Of a stretch of DNA of 64,000 nt, positions 51,249 to 62,824 are shown piece by piece. The stretch lies in NCBI GenBank assembly GCA_963716255.1, contig OY970303.1, positions 3,520,001 to 3,584,000 of the forward strand. Reading direction: 5' to 3'. Source of the DNA: an uncultured Gemmatimonadales bacterium. GTDB taxonomy: Bacteria > Gemmatimonadota > Gemmatimonadetes > Longimicrobiales > Longimicrobiaceae. Under the pieces are notes generated by a model. It searched no databases. It was not told where the DNA came from and worked only from the letters and a program-made list of their open reading frames with translations. The translations under genes were made by a program, and so were the position numbers. Every line of letters begins with the position of its first letter. Positions within the stretch are counted from its first letter, which is position 1.

Positions 51249-52808
51249 ATGCCAGGCCTACTGCCCCTTCCGCAGCCGGCGCCGTCCCCCGCCCCGGGCA
51301 CGGCGGAGCTGTACCGCCTGCTGGTGGAGAACGTCACCGACTACGCCATCGTCATGCTGGACCCGGAGGGCCGGGTGTCCAGCTGGAACGAGGGCGCGGA
51401 GCGGATCCTGGGCTTCCGCGAGGCCGAGGCGCTGGGGGCGCACGCCTCCATGTTCTACCTCCCCGAGGACGCCCTCGCCGGCAAGCCCCAGTGGGACCTC
51501 GCCACCGCCGTGCGGCAGGGACGCCACGAGGCCCTGGGCTGGCGCGTGCGCCGCGACGGCACCCGGCTGTGGGCGTCCGTGGTGCTCACCGCCGTCACCG
51601 ACGAGCGGGGGCGGCTGGTGGGGATCGGGCAGATCACCCGCGACCTCACCGAGCGCAAGCAGGTGGCCCAGCAGTACGAGGAGAGCCGCCAGCGGCTGCG
51701 CTCCCTCTTCCAGTACAACCCCGCCGCCGTCTGCGCCTTCGACCGCGACGGCCGCCTCGCCAGCGCCAACCCCGCCGCCGAGGCCATGTGCGGCCACGCC
51801 GAGGACGAGCTGCTGCGCGCCTCCTTCCGCGGGATGATCGCGCCCGAGGACGCCGAGCGCGCCGTGGAGTGCTTCCGCCGCGCGCTGGCCGGCGAGGCCC
51901 GGCAGATGGAGGTGGAGATCGTCCACCGCGAGGGGCACCGCGTGCAGGCGGCCGCCACCGTGTTCCCCATCGTGGTGGAGGAGGAGATCCTGGGCGTGTA
52001 CGCCATCGCCCAGGACATCACCGGCCGCAAGCGCGCCGAGGCCGAGCGCGAGGTGCTGCTCGCCGCCGAGCGCGCCGCCCGCGCCGAGGCCGAGGCCGCC
52101 AGCCGCGCCAAGAGCGACTTCCTGGCGGTGATGGGCCACGAGCTGCGCACCCCGCTCAACGTCATCACCGGCTACGCCGACCTCCTCTTCGACGGCGACG
52201 CCGGCCCCGTCACCCCCGTGCAGCACCGCCACCTGGGGCGGCTGCGCGACACCACGCGCCAGCTCACCGGGATGATCGAGCAGGTGCTGGCCTTCGCGCG
52301 CATGGAGTCCGGCCGCGAGGAGCTGGTGCCGGAGCCCACAGACCTGGCCGCGCTGCTGCGCGACGCAGCCTGCGCCGCCGAGATGGCCGCGAGCGAGCGG
52401 GGGCTCGACTTCGCGGCGGAGCTGCCGGCGGGCGCCTGGACCCGGGAGCTGGACGGCGTCAAGGCGCGGCAGGTGATCGCCAGCCTGCTGTCCAACGCCG
52501 TCAAGTTCACCGAGCGGGGCGGGGTGCGCATGTCCGCCGCGCCCCTGCCGGACGGGTCCGTCCGGGTCACCGTGAGCGACACCGGCGTCGGCATCCTCCC
52601 CGAGCACCTGGAACGCATCTGGGAGCCCTTCTGGCAGGCCGAGGCGCCGCTCACGCGCCGCAGGGACGGCGTGGGGCTGGGGCTGGGGATCGCCCGCCGG
52701 CTGGCCGCGCTCCTGGGATGGGAGCTGCGGGTGGACAGCACCCACGGCATCGGCAGCACCTTCACCCTGCTCCTCCCTCCCCCCGCCGCCCCGCCGGAGG
52801 CCCGGTGA
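51249..52808 (+). CDS. Cytoplasmic PAS-PAS sensor histidine kinase
   Basis: Two PAS domains; MGHELRTPL, SNAVKFT, DTGVGI, GVGLGL. Confidence 0.92.
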   Translation: MPGLLPLPQPAPSPAPGTAELYRLLVENVTDYAIVMLDPEGRVSSWNEGAERILGFREAEALGAHASMFYLPEDALAGKPQWDLATAVRQGRHEALGWRVRRDGTRLWASVVLTAVTDERGRLVGIGQITRDLTERKQVAQQYEESRQRLRSLFQYNPAAVCAFDRDGRLASANPAAEAMCGHAEDELLRASFRGMIAPEDAERAVECFRRALAGEARQMEVEIVHREGHRVQAAATVFPIVVEEEILGVYAIAQDITGRKRAEAEREVLLAAERAARAEAEAASRAKSDFLAVMGHELRTPLNVITGYADLLFDGDAGPVTPVQHRHLGRLRDTTRQLTGMIEQVLAFARMESGREELVPEPTDLAALLRDAACAAEMAASERGLDFAAELPAGAWTRELDGVKARQVIASLLSNAVKFTERGGVRMSAAPLPDGSVRVTVSDTGVGILPEHLERIWEPFWQAEAPLTRRRDGVGLGLGIARRLAALLGWELRVDSTHGIGSTFTLLLPPPAAPPEAR

Positions 52809-52957
52809 CGAAGATGCTGGGCTTCCTGGGGATGACCGTCGGCGGATGGGCCGGCTGGTGGGCCGGCGCCCACGTCGGGATCACGACCGCCTTCATGCTC
52901 AGCATGGTGGGCACCGGGGCGGGGCTGTACTACGGGCGCCGCCTGGCCGGCGGCTGA
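52805..52957 (+). CDS. Small Gly-rich membrane protein
   Basis: GTGA overlap with the kinase stop; two short hydrophobic segments. Confidence 0.6.
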   Translation: MTKMLGFLGMTVGGWAGWWAGAHVGITTAFMLSMVGTGAGLYYGRRLAGG

Positions 52958-53041
52958 GCCCCGGTCCCCCGGCCCGGAAAAGAACGAGAGCGCGCTCCGG
53001 AACGGTCCGGGGCGCGCTCTCGCCGTTCCGGGGCCGCCGCG

Positions 53042-53446
53042 TCAGTCGTGCGGCACCACCGCCGTCCCGCCGCCCAGGTAGCTGCGCACCTGCGCCCCCA
53101 CCACCGGCACCTCCCACTCGTCGCCCTGCCAGGCGCGGTACATCAGGTACAGCCAAAGGACGAAGCTGGCCAGGCCCACCGCCATCGCCAGGGCGAGGCT
53201 GACCAGGAACCCCAGGATGGGGATGTTGGAAAGCACGTTGCCCAGCACCGAAAGGACGACGTTCAGGGCGAACAGGGCGACGCCCACCCCGATGGACTGG
53301 GCCGCGTGGAAGCGGACGAACGGGCTCTCCTTCTCCAGGACCAGGAAGAGCACCCCCGTGAAGGGCATCAGGAGGTACGAGAGCGCGCCGGCGACGTTGG
53401 GGGCGAGGCCGGTGGTTCCCTGCGGGGCGCTGGGCGTCTCGGGCAT
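53042..53446 (-). CDS. DUF4870-like membrane protein
   Basis: TGLAPNVAGALSY..EKESPFVRFHAAQS. Confidence 0.8.
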   Translation of the reverse strand: MPETPSAPQGTTGLAPNVAGALSYLLMPFTGVLFLVLEKESPFVRFHAAQSIGVGVALFALNVVLSVLGNVLSNIPILGFLVSLALAMAVGLASFVLWLYLMYRAWQGDEWEVPVVGAQVRSYLGGGTAVVPHD

Positions 53447-53694
53447 GGCTGGACCTCCGTGGCGGGGTTCGGCGGCCCCGTCGGGCGGCGACGGGAGCGC
53501 GAGCGAGGGAGGGAGCGGCGGCGCGGGCGTCCGGCGCCCCGCGGGTAATTCCGTCTGAAAGGCGGTTGGTGTCAAGACTTTTGGCGGGGGGGCGCCGCAT
53601 GAAACGCTTGACGCCGGCGCCCGCGCGCTGCATCAGTTACGGCTCGGGCGCGCCCGCGCCCTCCCCGCCCACCCCCCTTCCCGAGGAGGCCGCG

Positions 53695-54612
53695 ATGCCG
53701 CTCTCCGTGCCGTTCCGCTCCCGCTCCCGGCGCTCCGCCCTGCTCCCGGCCGGCCTGCTCGCGCTCGCCCTCGCCGCGTGCGGCGGCGATGGCGACGCCG
53801 CCGAGGCGAAGCCCGAGGACGTGGACATGGACACCCCGGTGGCCGTGACCGACGAGGAGACGGCCCGGTTCAGGGCGCCCGCCGACAGCGTGCTCACCCC
53901 GGCGCAGGTGGAAGCGTACCTCAAGACCAGCCTCCTCCAGTACGACCTGGTGCGCAAGGAGAGCGAGGGGATCCACGGCAAGGTCAGGGAGATGGAGGAG
54001 CGGGGCAAGGACGGGGGGACGCTGGGCGGCCTGCGCAACATGGTCGAGGGCGTGCAGACCATGGCGCAGGCGGGAGACCTGATCGGCGGCAGCTACATCC
54101 GCTCCGCGCGCACGCTGGGCTACAACCCGGCCGAGATGGAGTGGGTGCGCGAGCGCATGTCCGAGGTCGCCGGCCACCTGATGATGAAGCCCATGTACGA
54201 GCAGTCGGCGAAGAACGCCGGCGACATGCGCGCCCAGGCCGAGCAGTTCCGCGCGCAGCTGGCCGGCGGCGCCAACCCCGGCTTCAGCGAAGCGGATCTC
54301 CAGCAGATGTTCGCCTCCGCCAACGAGATGGAGGCGCAGGCCAAGGAGCAGATGCAGGCGAGCCGGGCCGTGCAGGCCAACCTGGCCGTGCTTCACAGGG
54401 CCCGTCCCGCGGTGACCGACGCCATGTGGGGCACGGTGGGCTTCGCGGGCGGCACGCAGGGGTTCCTGGTGCTGGCCGGGCTCGGCGATCCCGCCAACGC
54501 CGAGGCCAAGCAGAAGCTGGACGAGTTCCGCGTGGTGTACCAGGACGCGCTCGCCAACCGCGTTTCCAAGGGAATGGAGAACGCGCCGGCCACGCAGCCG
54601 CAGCAGCCGTAG
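53695..54612 (+). CDS. Hypothetical helical lipoprotein
   Basis: LAAC lipobox; strong codon bias. Confidence 0.7.
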   Translation: MPLSVPFRSRSRRSALLPAGLLALALAACGGDGDAAEAKPEDVDMDTPVAVTDEETARFRAPADSVLTPAQVEAYLKTSLLQYDLVRKESEGIHGKVREMEERGKDGGTLGGLRNMVEGVQTMAQAGDLIGGSYIRSARTLGYNPAEMEWVRERMSEVAGHLMMKPMYEQSAKNAGDMRAQAEQFRAQLAGGANPGFSEADLQQMFASANEMEAQAKEQMQASRAVQANLAVLHRARPAVTDAMWGTVGFAGGTQGFLVLAGLGDPANAEAKQKLDEFRVVYQDALANRVSKGMENAPATQPQQP

Positions 54613-54669
54613 CCCGGGGCGGGGAGGGGGCGGGGAAGCTGTTCTCACCTCTTGGCGAGGAGGTACGGG

Positions 54670-54891
54670 ATGAAGCGGAACTGGCGGACGGTGCGGGCCG
54701 GCGTTCTCACGGCCGGCGTGGCGGGTGTGCTGGGGTTCGGCGCGGCGCAGGCGCTCGCGTCGCCGGCGGACGCGAACGCGGCCCTGGTGTGCTCCACCTC
54801 GGTGTGCGTGAACTGGTGCCAGAAGCAGTACGGGCCGTACGCCAACGGGCAGTGCGCGCCCAGCGGGTTCGGGTGCGTGTGTTCGCCCTGA
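54670..54891 (+). CDS. Secreted six-Cys defensin-like peptide 1
   Basis: RBS GAGGAGG; signal peptide; C-x4-C-x3-C-x11-C-x6-C-x-C. Confidence 0.78.
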   Translation: MKRNWRTVRAGVLTAGVAGVLGFGAAQALASPADANAALVCSTSVCVNWCQKQYGPYANGQCAPSGFGCVCSP

Positions 54892-54925
54892 CCTGAGGTT
54901 CTACGGTGGGGCTGGGGCTGCGGTT

Positions 54926-55083
54926 GGGGCCGCTCCGGAGCCGGACGATACGGCCGTCCGTCTCCTGCGCGGGCGCAAGGAGCCCCGGAAAACTGCCTCC
55001 GGGTCTCCCTGCGCCGGAGTGAGCCTCGCCAAACAGCCGGCGAGTCTCCCTCCGAAGAGAATCATACGGGTACTGCGGAACTG
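54926..55083 (+). repeat. Family B triple-hairpin element, copy 2
   Basis: GGGGCCGCTCCGGAGCC, three GAGCC-stem-loop-GTCTCC units, GGGTACTGCGGAAC. Confidence 0.85.
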
Positions 55084-55090
55084 AAACTGC

Positions 55091-55132
55091 AAAAGGCGCC
55101 CTCACCGGGATCTCCCGGCGGGGGCGCCTTTT
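55091..55132. terminator. Bidirectional intrinsic terminator
   Basis: AAAAGGCGCCC..GGGCGCCTTTT between convergent genes. Confidence 0.78.
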
Positions 55133-55180
55133 CGTACTCCGTACTTCTCACTCCGCACTCTCGCACTCTCGCACTGCCGT

Positions 55181-56584
55181 TCAGTCCGCGCTCTCGCGCT
55201 CCTGCACCGCGGTCAGCTCCGCCGCGCCGAAGATCCTGCCCACCACCTCGACCTGCTGCTGCGGCTCGATCTCGTCGCCGTCGGCGGCGCCCAGGTCGCG
55301 GAAGCGGCGGGCGCTCACCAGCACGCGCGACTCCAGCGAGGCCGCGGCGCGGTTGTAGGAGGAGACCGAGCGGTCCAGGCTGCGGCGCAGGTCGTCGAAG
55401 TGGCCGGCCATCACCCGCACGCGGCCGTGCAGCTCACGGCCCAGCTCGCTGATGCGCTGCGCGTTCTCGGCGAGGGTTTCCTGGCGCCAGCCGTAGGCCA
55501 CGGCGCGCAGCAGGGCGATGAGGGTGGTGGGGGTCGCCAGGATCACGCCCTGCTCCACGCCGGCCTCGATCAGCGAGGGGTCCTGCTCCAGCGCGGCGCT
55601 GAAGAAGGTCTCGCCGGGGAGGAAGAGCACCACGAACTCCGGCGAGGGGTCGAACTGCTCCCAGTACGACTTGGCGCCCAGCTTCTGCAGGTGGGTGCGC
55701 ACCTGGCGCGCGTGGTCGCGCAGGTGGCCGGCGCGCGCCGCCTCGTCGCCCGCCTCCAGCGCCAGCAGGTAGCCGTGCAGCGGTGCCTTCGCGTCCACCA
55801 CCACGTGCTTGCGGTTGGGGAGGCGCACCACCAGGTCCGGGCGCTGCCGGCCGCTCTCCCCGAACGCCGTCGCCTGCTCCACGTAGTCGCAGTGCTCGGT
55901 CATCCCCGCCAGCTCCACCACCCGCCGCAGCTGGATCTCCCCCCAGCGCCCCCGCACCTGCGGCGCCCGCAGCGCCGTCACCAGGTTCCCCGTCTGCCGC
56001 TGCAGTTCCCCCTGCGACAGCGCCAGGGCGCGCACCTGCTCCGTGAGCGAGGCGTATGCCCCGGCCCGCTCCCGCTCGATCTCGCGGATGCGCTCCGTCA
56101 CCCGGTCCAGCGACTCGCGCAGCGGCTTCACCACCGCATCGATGGACTCCTCGCGCCGCAGCAGATCGCCGCGGGCGCGCTCCTGGTGCTCGCCCAGCGA
56201 AGCGGCGGCCAGCTCCAGGAAGGCACGGCTGTTCCCCTGGAGCGCGTCGGCGGAAAGGGCGCGGAACGACTCGGCAAGCCGCCGCTCGGCCGCCTCCAGC
56301 GTGGCGCGCTGCTCCGCCCACGAGCGGCGCTCCTCCTCGCCGCGGGCGCGCAGCTCGGCCACGGCGGCCGCGAGGCGGGCCCCTTCCGCGCGCAGCGACT
56401 CGGCCTGGCGCTCCCGCTCGGCGGCGGCGACCTGCAGCTCGCCGGCGCGGCGCTCGGCGGCGCGCAGCCGCTCCTCCAGCACGGCGGACGCGGCGGCGGT
56501 GCGGGCGCGCAGCAGCAGCCAGGCCAGGGCGCAGCCCAGGACCAGGCCGGCGAGCGCGGCCGCGGCGGGGGAGAGCGTGTCCAT
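55181..56584 (-). CDS. rmuC: DNA recombination protein RmuC
   Basis: N-terminal TM and coiled coil; [45 protein letters not shown]. Confidence 0.93.
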   Translation of the reverse strand: MDTLSPAAAALAGLVLGCALAWLLLRARTAAASAVLEERLRAAERRAGELQVAAAERERQAESLRAEGARLAAAVAELRARGEEERRSWAEQRATLEAAERRLAESFRALSADALQGNSRAFLELAAASLGEHQERARGDLLRREESIDAVVKPLRESLDRVTERIREIERERAGAYASLTEQVRALALSQGELQRQTGNLVTALRAPQVRGRWGEIQLRRVVELAGMTEHCDYVEQATAFGESGRQRPDLVVRLPNRKHVVVDAKAPLHGYLLALEAGDEAARAGHLRDHARQVRTHLQKLGAKSYWEQFDPSPEFVVLFLPGETFFSAALEQDPSLIEAGVEQGVILATPTTLIALLRAVAYGWRQETLAENAQRISELGRELHGRVRVMAGHFDDLRRSLDRSVSSYNRAAASLESRVLVSARRFRDLGAADGDEIEPQQQVEVVGRIFGAAELTAVQERESAD

Positions 56585-56707
56585 GGGAGCGGGAGAGAAC
56601 AGGTGGGGCGGATGTGGACGGGGATGGCGCAAGATCCCCACGGGCGGCGCGCGTGTCAACTGTGCCGTCCATCGGGAAGGTGGTGCGCCCGGCCGCCCCT
56701 CGGTCGC

Positions 56708-57787
56708 CTACCGGGAGGGGGCACTGCTTTCCAGGAAGTCGCCGCTGTCCACCGGGCCCAGGCGCACCTCGGTGGAGCGGGAGCCCAGGAGGCGGCGGAA
56801 GCCGCGAAAGTACGCGGGGAGGCCCTCCACGTTCAATGCCGCGCCGGTGCGCAGCTCGTAGTGAAGGTGCGGGAACATGGAGCTGCCGGAGGAGCCCACG
56901 CGGCCGACGGCCTGGCCCTGCGCGACCCGGGCGCCGGGCTTCACCGTCACGCTCCCGCGCTGCAGGTGGCCGAGCAGGCTGAATTCGCCGCCGCCGTGGT
57001 CGATCACCACGTAGTTGCCGTAGACGCTCAGCGGCCGCTCGCGGATCGTCGCTGGGTCGAACAGGTCCTCGGAGCCGTGGTTGTCCGGCTGGGCGGACCA
57101 GGCGGCGGCGACGGTCCCGGCCCCGGGGGCGAGCACCGGCGCCCCCCAGCCGAAGTAGCCCGGGTTGCGGCTCCCGTCCCCGGAGTGCATGGCGCCGGCG
57201 GTGTCCACGGCCACGAAGTCGTGCGCGTAGCGGCCCGGGTTGGCGCAGCAGATCCCGAAGCCTCGCAGCCCGGGGTGGGTGTAGTCCCAGCGGCGGTGGT
57301 GGGCGAGGAAGTCGTGCCCGTCCCACACCAGCACTCGCCCCGCCAGGGGGAGGACCAGGTCGGTCGCGGGGCGGAAGGCGACGGGGCGCACCGTCGCCGT
57401 GGCGGAGGCGGTGTCCGCGGGGCGGACGCCGTCGAAGCGGAAGCGGTAGCGGAGCTCCGCCAACTCCACCTCCGGGTCCCAGGCGTAGAACGGGTTGAAG
57501 ACCAGCCCCGTGGCGCCCCCTGCCCACGCGCGGTCCGGCACCGTGCCGATCCCCGGCCGGACGCCGTTGCCGTCCACGAACCTGCGCAGCACCAGCCTCC
57601 CCGCCCGGTCCAGCACCGACACCTCCACCGAGCGAAGGCGCAGCGTGTCCGCGGTCCGGTTCTCCACCTGGAAGTCGAAGTTGAGGTTCTGCTGGACGCG
57701 GGTCTCCACGTACGCGCGCTCCGGCCGCGGCGTGACGACGATGCGCGCCGTGTCGAGCGCGGCGAGGAGGGGCAGGAGGAGGATCAC
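56708..57787 (-). CDS. M23 family metallopeptidase
   Basis: YAHDF, GNYVVIDH, GHLQRGS, GSSGSS..PHLHY. Confidence 0.88.
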   Translation of the reverse strand: MILLLPLLAALDTARIVVTPRPERAYVETRVQQNLNFDFQVENRTADTLRLRSVEVSVLDRAGRLVLRRFVDGNGVRPGIGTVPDRAWAGGATGLVFNPFYAWDPEVELAELRYRFRFDGVRPADTASATATVRPVAFRPATDLVLPLAGRVLVWDGHDFLAHHRRWDYTHPGLRGFGICCANPGRYAHDFVAVDTAGAMHSGDGSRNPGYFGWGAPVLAPGAGTVAAAWSAQPDNHGSEDLFDPATIRERPLSVYGNYVVIDHGGGEFSLLGHLQRGSVTVKPGARVAQGQAVGRVGSSGSSMFPHLHYELRTGAALNVEGLPAYFRGFRRLLGSRSTEVRLGPVDSGDFLESSAPSR

Positions 57788-57905
57788 GGTGGCTCGGCTT
57801 GCGGGTGCGGGAAGGAGGTGGCTTTGCTGGCGGGACGTACGGGCGGCACGGGGGCGGGGTTTCGGCGGGGGCGGTTTCTACGGCTTTCCTGAACGGGCGG
57901 GATTC

Positions 57906-58335
57906 GGGCGTGCCCCCCGCGGGGCGCGGGGGTCGGGCTTCGGCTCCGTCAGCCCGCAAACAACGCGGGCTGACGGAGTCGAGCCCCGCGAAACTGCCTG
58001 CGGGTCTGAGCAGCCGGGATGATGCTTGACACTTTGGACCGGGAGGATGCTTGACACTCCCTCCCGTTCCTACCAAGGACTTACGCTGTTTCTGACCAGA
58101 GAGCAGTGAGGGATCCCCTCAGTGCTACCCTCTCCTACGGCAGGGGGCAACACCGAGCAGCAGTGAGGGTTACCCTACCTAAGCATTCAGCAAAGCGCTT
58201 GGGATTCGATCCATTTCCTAGTCGCTGCGCCGAAGTCTCTCTCATCAGGGAGTGTCAAGCATCCTCCCGGTCTATTCTGTCAACCATCAACCCGGTCCAT
58301 ACCGTCTCGCCCCTTCGGGCCGTAATCCCTCACGC
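57906..58335 (+). repeat. Family A repeat, copy 10, interrupted by a MITE
   Basis: 5' part 57906-58007; 3' part GTCTCGCCCCTTCGGGCCGTAATCCCTCACGC at 58304-58335. Confidence 0.9.
58008..58303. mobile_element. Non-autonomous MITE (~296 bp), IS481-like end architecture
   Basis: Perfect 26-bp inverted repeat 58037-58062/58247-58272; a second outer copy of the motif at each end; GTCT on both flanks; no transposase. Confidence 0.8.
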
Positions 58336-58465
58336 GGGGGGCGGCGCGTGGGCGCGGTACCTCGATCAGCGCGAGGCGCCCCGGCCGCGTCGCGGCCGGG
58401 GCGCCTCGTGCGGGTGGGAGGAAGGCGCTCGGCGCGCCGTCCTCCCGCCGCTCACCCGCGCCGCG

Positions 58466-58678
58466 TCAGACGGCGCACTGGCACTCCCCGTTCTCGCAGT
58501 AGCCCGCGGCGAACGGCCCCCACTGCGCCTCGCAGGCCGCGTTGCACGCCACCGGGTTGCACACGGCGACCTCCGCCCGCGCGGGCGTGGCGAACACCTG
58601 CACGGCCCCGAACCCGAGCGTCCCCGCCATGCCCATGCTCAGGATCCCCTTGCGGATCTTGCGGCTGATGCGGCTCAT
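58466..58678 (-). CDS. Secreted six-Cys defensin-like peptide 2
   Basis: RBS AGGAGAGG; signal peptide; C-x4-C-x3-C-x11-C-x4-C-x-C. Confidence 0.78.
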   Translation of the reverse strand: MSRISRKIRKGILSMGMAGTLGFGAVQVFATPARAEVAVCNPVACNAACEAQWGPFAAGYCENGECQCAV

Positions 58679-58906
58679 ATCGTCCTCTCCTGGTTCCGGT
58701 TTCGTTGCGGACCGGCGCTCCCTCCTTCCGGTCCCTCTGTCGCCGGCGCGGGGCCCCGCGCCTCGTCGGATATTTTGTAAGCCGTTGCAGTTGCTGTGCT
58801 TGGCTTCTTCCGACGGGTTTTTCCCTCTCGCAATCTCCGGGCCACAACCGTCCGCGAAAGAGCGGATAACTGGTTGCAGCGCATGTGGATGGACGCAGTC
58901 GCAGTC

Positions 58907-59067
58907 GCCGTTCCCGCGGTATCCCCCAGAATCAGTACGGGAGGAGACTCGCCGGCTGTTTGGCGAGGCTCCTCCCGTGCGAAGGGAGACAGCCGGGCAG
59001 TTTCGGCTGGCTCCCGCAGCCCGCGCAGGAGACCGGCAGCAGTACCGCCGGGCTCCGGAGCGGCCCC
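58907..59067 (-). repeat. Family B triple-hairpin element, copy 3
   Basis: Minus strand GGGGCCGCTCCGGAGCC, three units, GGGGATACCGCGGGAACGG. Confidence 0.85.
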
Positions 59068-59102
59068 TACGACAGTTTATCCATACCGCACGAACCCGCA
59101 GA

Positions 59103-61307
<2,205 letters not shown>

Positions 61308-61415
61308 CGTCCATGCTCCGGGGATCGCGCGGCGCACGAGGGGGCGCCGCGCCTCCCCGGAAGATGAGCGGGGACGCGGCGGGGCGCCAGTCGGGCGCGC
61401 GGGGCGTGGAGCGGG

Positions 61416-62567
61416 CTACGCCGTGAGCTCGGGCTTCAGGCGGTGGTGACGGAGGAAGTCCATGAACTTGAGGTAGTCGTCCTGCTCCAGGCCGAGCAGG
61501 CGGATGAGGCGCTTGTAGCTGCCGTTGGTCTGGCGGAGGCCGCGGGCCACGATCTGGCGGACCTCGGAGCGGCTCAGCTCCCGGTCCATGAACGGGGCGT
61601 GAACCACCACCCAGAAGTTCTCGCCGCCGCGCACCATCCGCTCGAAGCACGTCTCGATGCCGCCGATCGCCGGCCGCCCGCCGCCGGCGGGGGAAGACGC
61701 CCCGGGCGCGTCCAGCACCTCGGCGAACTCCCGCGGCAGGATGGTGGCCCCCTCGGCGAGGTGGAACCCCATGTCCACCAGGCTGCGCAGCTCGCGGACG
61801 TTGCCGGGCCAGTGGTACCCCCCCAGCCGATCCATCGCCTCGGGGGAGAACGCCTTGCGGCTCGACCAGCGGGCGTTGAGCCCGTCCAGGTAGTGGCGCA
61901 CCAGGAGGTCCCAGTCGGCGCCGCGCTCGCGCAGGCAGGGGACGTGCACCCACAGGTAGCGGAGGCGGTAGAACAGGTCGGCGCGGAAGGAGCCGGCCTG
62001 CACCATGGGACGGAGGTCGCGGCTGGTGGCGGCGATCACCCGCACGTCCACCTTGCGCACGCAGTTCCCTCCCACCGGGACCACCTCGCCCTCGCCCAGT
62101 GTGCGCAGGAGCATGGCCTGCGCGCCGGGGGTGAGCTCGCCGATCTCGTCCAGGAACACCACCCCGCCGCCGGCTTCCTCGAAGATCCCCCGGTGGTCGG
62201 TCACGGCCCCGGTGAAGCTGCCCTTCTTGTGGCCGAACAGCTCGCTGGCGATGAGGTTGCCGTCGTTGTACTGCGCGCAGTTGATCCGCAGGAAGGGCCT
62301 GCCGGCGCGGGGACCCAGGAGGTAGAGTGCCTTTGCGAACAGTTCCTTGCCGGTGCCCGTCTCCCCGGTGATCAGCACCGGCGACTCGGAGCGGGCGAAG
62401 CGGAGCACCTTCTGCTGGGCTTCCAGCAGCCGGCCGTCCAGCCCCACCATGGTCACGGCGTTCTTCCACCCCCACTGCTCCACGGAAAGCTCCTGTACGG
62501 CACGCGCGAGGTCCGAGCAGGCGTTGCCCGAAACGGTGCTTTCCGTCGCGGTCGAATTTGAAGTCAT
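61416..62567 (-). CDS. Sigma-54 interaction-domain activator lacking an N-terminal sensor
   Basis: GETGTGKE, GSFTGA, FLDEIGEL, WPGNVREL; atypical C-terminal HTH (YLKFMDFLRHH). Confidence 0.85.
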   Translation of the reverse strand: MTSNSTATESTVSGNACSDLARAVQELSVEQWGWKNAVTMVGLDGRLLEAQQKVLRFARSESPVLITGETGTGKELFAKALYLLGPRAGRPFLRINCAQYNDGNLIASELFGHKKGSFTGAVTDHRGIFEEAGGGVVFLDEIGELTPGAQAMLLRTLGEGEVVPVGGNCVRKVDVRVIAATSRDLRPMVQAGSFRADLFYRLRYLWVHVPCLRERGADWDLLVRHYLDGLNARWSSRKAFSPEAMDRLGGYHWPGNVRELRSLVDMGFHLAEGATILPREFAEVLDAPGASSPAGGGRPAIGGIETCFERMVRGGENFWVVVHAPFMDRELSRSEVRQIVARGLRQTNGSYKRLIRLLGLEQDDYLKFMDFLRHHRLKPELTA

Positions 62568-62824
62568 GAAAGACACGCCCCTCGAAGGATCCGTGGCCTG
62601 GTGAAGTCCGGGTGGTGCGTGGGCAGGGTCAGCCGGTGGGCGGCGACCGGAGGGAGCGCGCGGATGGGGAAAGTGCGGTCGTCGGCGCGGTGCAAAGATG
62701 CTGCATGGTATGCCCCGGGTCACGGTCTCGCGGAGGCGGCTTCCCCGGCGCAAGCCTGCTGCTCGTCGCAGCTTTGGAGATGATCCAAGCCGGACAGCCA
62801 CGTTACAGCTCGGGATTGTTGATG

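Noticed and set aside
58369..58410. GC-rich hairpin downstream of defensin-like peptide 2 as an intrinsic terminator
   Set aside because: The stem is strong but there is no U-tract on either strand, so it was left uncalled.
54670..58678. Cys-rich peptides as ranthipeptide or lanthipeptide precursors
   Set aside because: They have Sec-type hydrophobic leaders and no adjacent radical SAM or Lan enzymes; the spacing fits disulfide-bonded peptides better.
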